Below are positions 63,667 through 64,000 of a stretch of 64,000 nt of DNA, piece after piece. The notes under the pieces are model-generated. The model had not been told where the DNA came from, made no database searches, and saw only the letters and a program-made list of their open reading frames with translations. The stretch is from Desulfobacterales bacterium (GTDB taxonomy: Bacteria > Desulfobacterota > Desulfobacteria > Desulfobacterales > UBA2174): positions 192,001 through 256,000 of the forward strand of contig CAXXWC010000019.1 in NCBI GenBank assembly GCA_963668645.2, given 5' to 3'. A program made the position numbers and the translations under genes. Positions within the stretch are counted from its first letter, which is position 1. Each line of letters begins with the position of its first letter.

Positions 63667-64000
63667 CGATGAAAAGGATGCGTTTGGCTGTCTGCCTCGG
63701 GGCAGTCCTGCTGATGATCGGCGGGAACGCCATCGCCCAACAACCCAACTATCCCAAGGCCAAGGAGTACCGCATCGAGCGCAACGTCCCGCCCGAGGCC
63801 CAGGCCTGCATCGAATGCCACCGGGCGACCACCCCCGGAATCTTCTCCGACTGGGCCAACAGCCGGCACGCTAACGCCAACATCACCTGTCTCGACTGCC
63901 ACTTGGTCCAGCCGGGCGACGTGGACATCGCCAAGGGGCACGAGAAGTACTACGGCCGCTCGGACTTGCCTTACGGCAAAAGCCGCTACAAGGTGCCCAT
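63663..64000 (+). CDS. Second HAO-family multiheme cytochrome c (5' part; runs off the window)
   Basis: Not in the track. Manual translation: MTMKRMRLAVCLGAVLL...ACIECHRATTPGIFSDWANSRHANANITCLDCH, homologous to the octaheme part of 60878. Confidence 0.85.
   Translation, partial: MTMKRMRLAVCLGAVLLMIGGNAIAQQPNYPKAKEYRIERNVPPEAQACIECHRATTPGIFSDWANSRHANANITCLDCHLVQPGDVDIAKGHEKYYGRSDLPYGKSRYKVP

Overview
Bacterial DNA whose gene content suggests an anaerobic deltaproteobacterium such as a Desulfobacterota member; this assignment is inference. Three parts are visible. (1) 1-4200 is a GC-rich backbone with a minus-strand tripartite RND efflux operon and an iron-sulfur flavoprotein. (2) About 4300-43300 is a visibly less GC-rich, decaying accessory region. 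It carries an AT-rich RelA/SpoT-type small alarmone synthetase behind a ~100-nt stem-loop, an ABM-hflK-hflC-ftsH operon, small envelope/stress genes, a frameshifted cyclic beta-1,2-glucan synthase, truncated clsB, a CheB-CheR-PAS fusion with a PAS-LuxR regulator, a Pat pseudogene, gapN, pfkB, a broken sigma54 activator and several IS elements, including an IS1634 nested in an older copy. A tandem TGGTCA-N4-TGACCA box pair recurs three times, twice 100-101 bp upstream of non-canonical GG-N10-GA sigma54 promoters. (3) 43500-64000 holds a sigma54 two-component system with an APC transporter, a complete corrinoid-dependent demethylation cluster of unknown substrate linked to a GlpT/UhpT-type antiporter, and a multiheme operon led by a cytochrome c/transmembrane/cytochrome b5/octaheme-HAO fusion. 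No rRNA, tRNA or CRISPR array was seen. All family calls come from motif recognition, not database searches.
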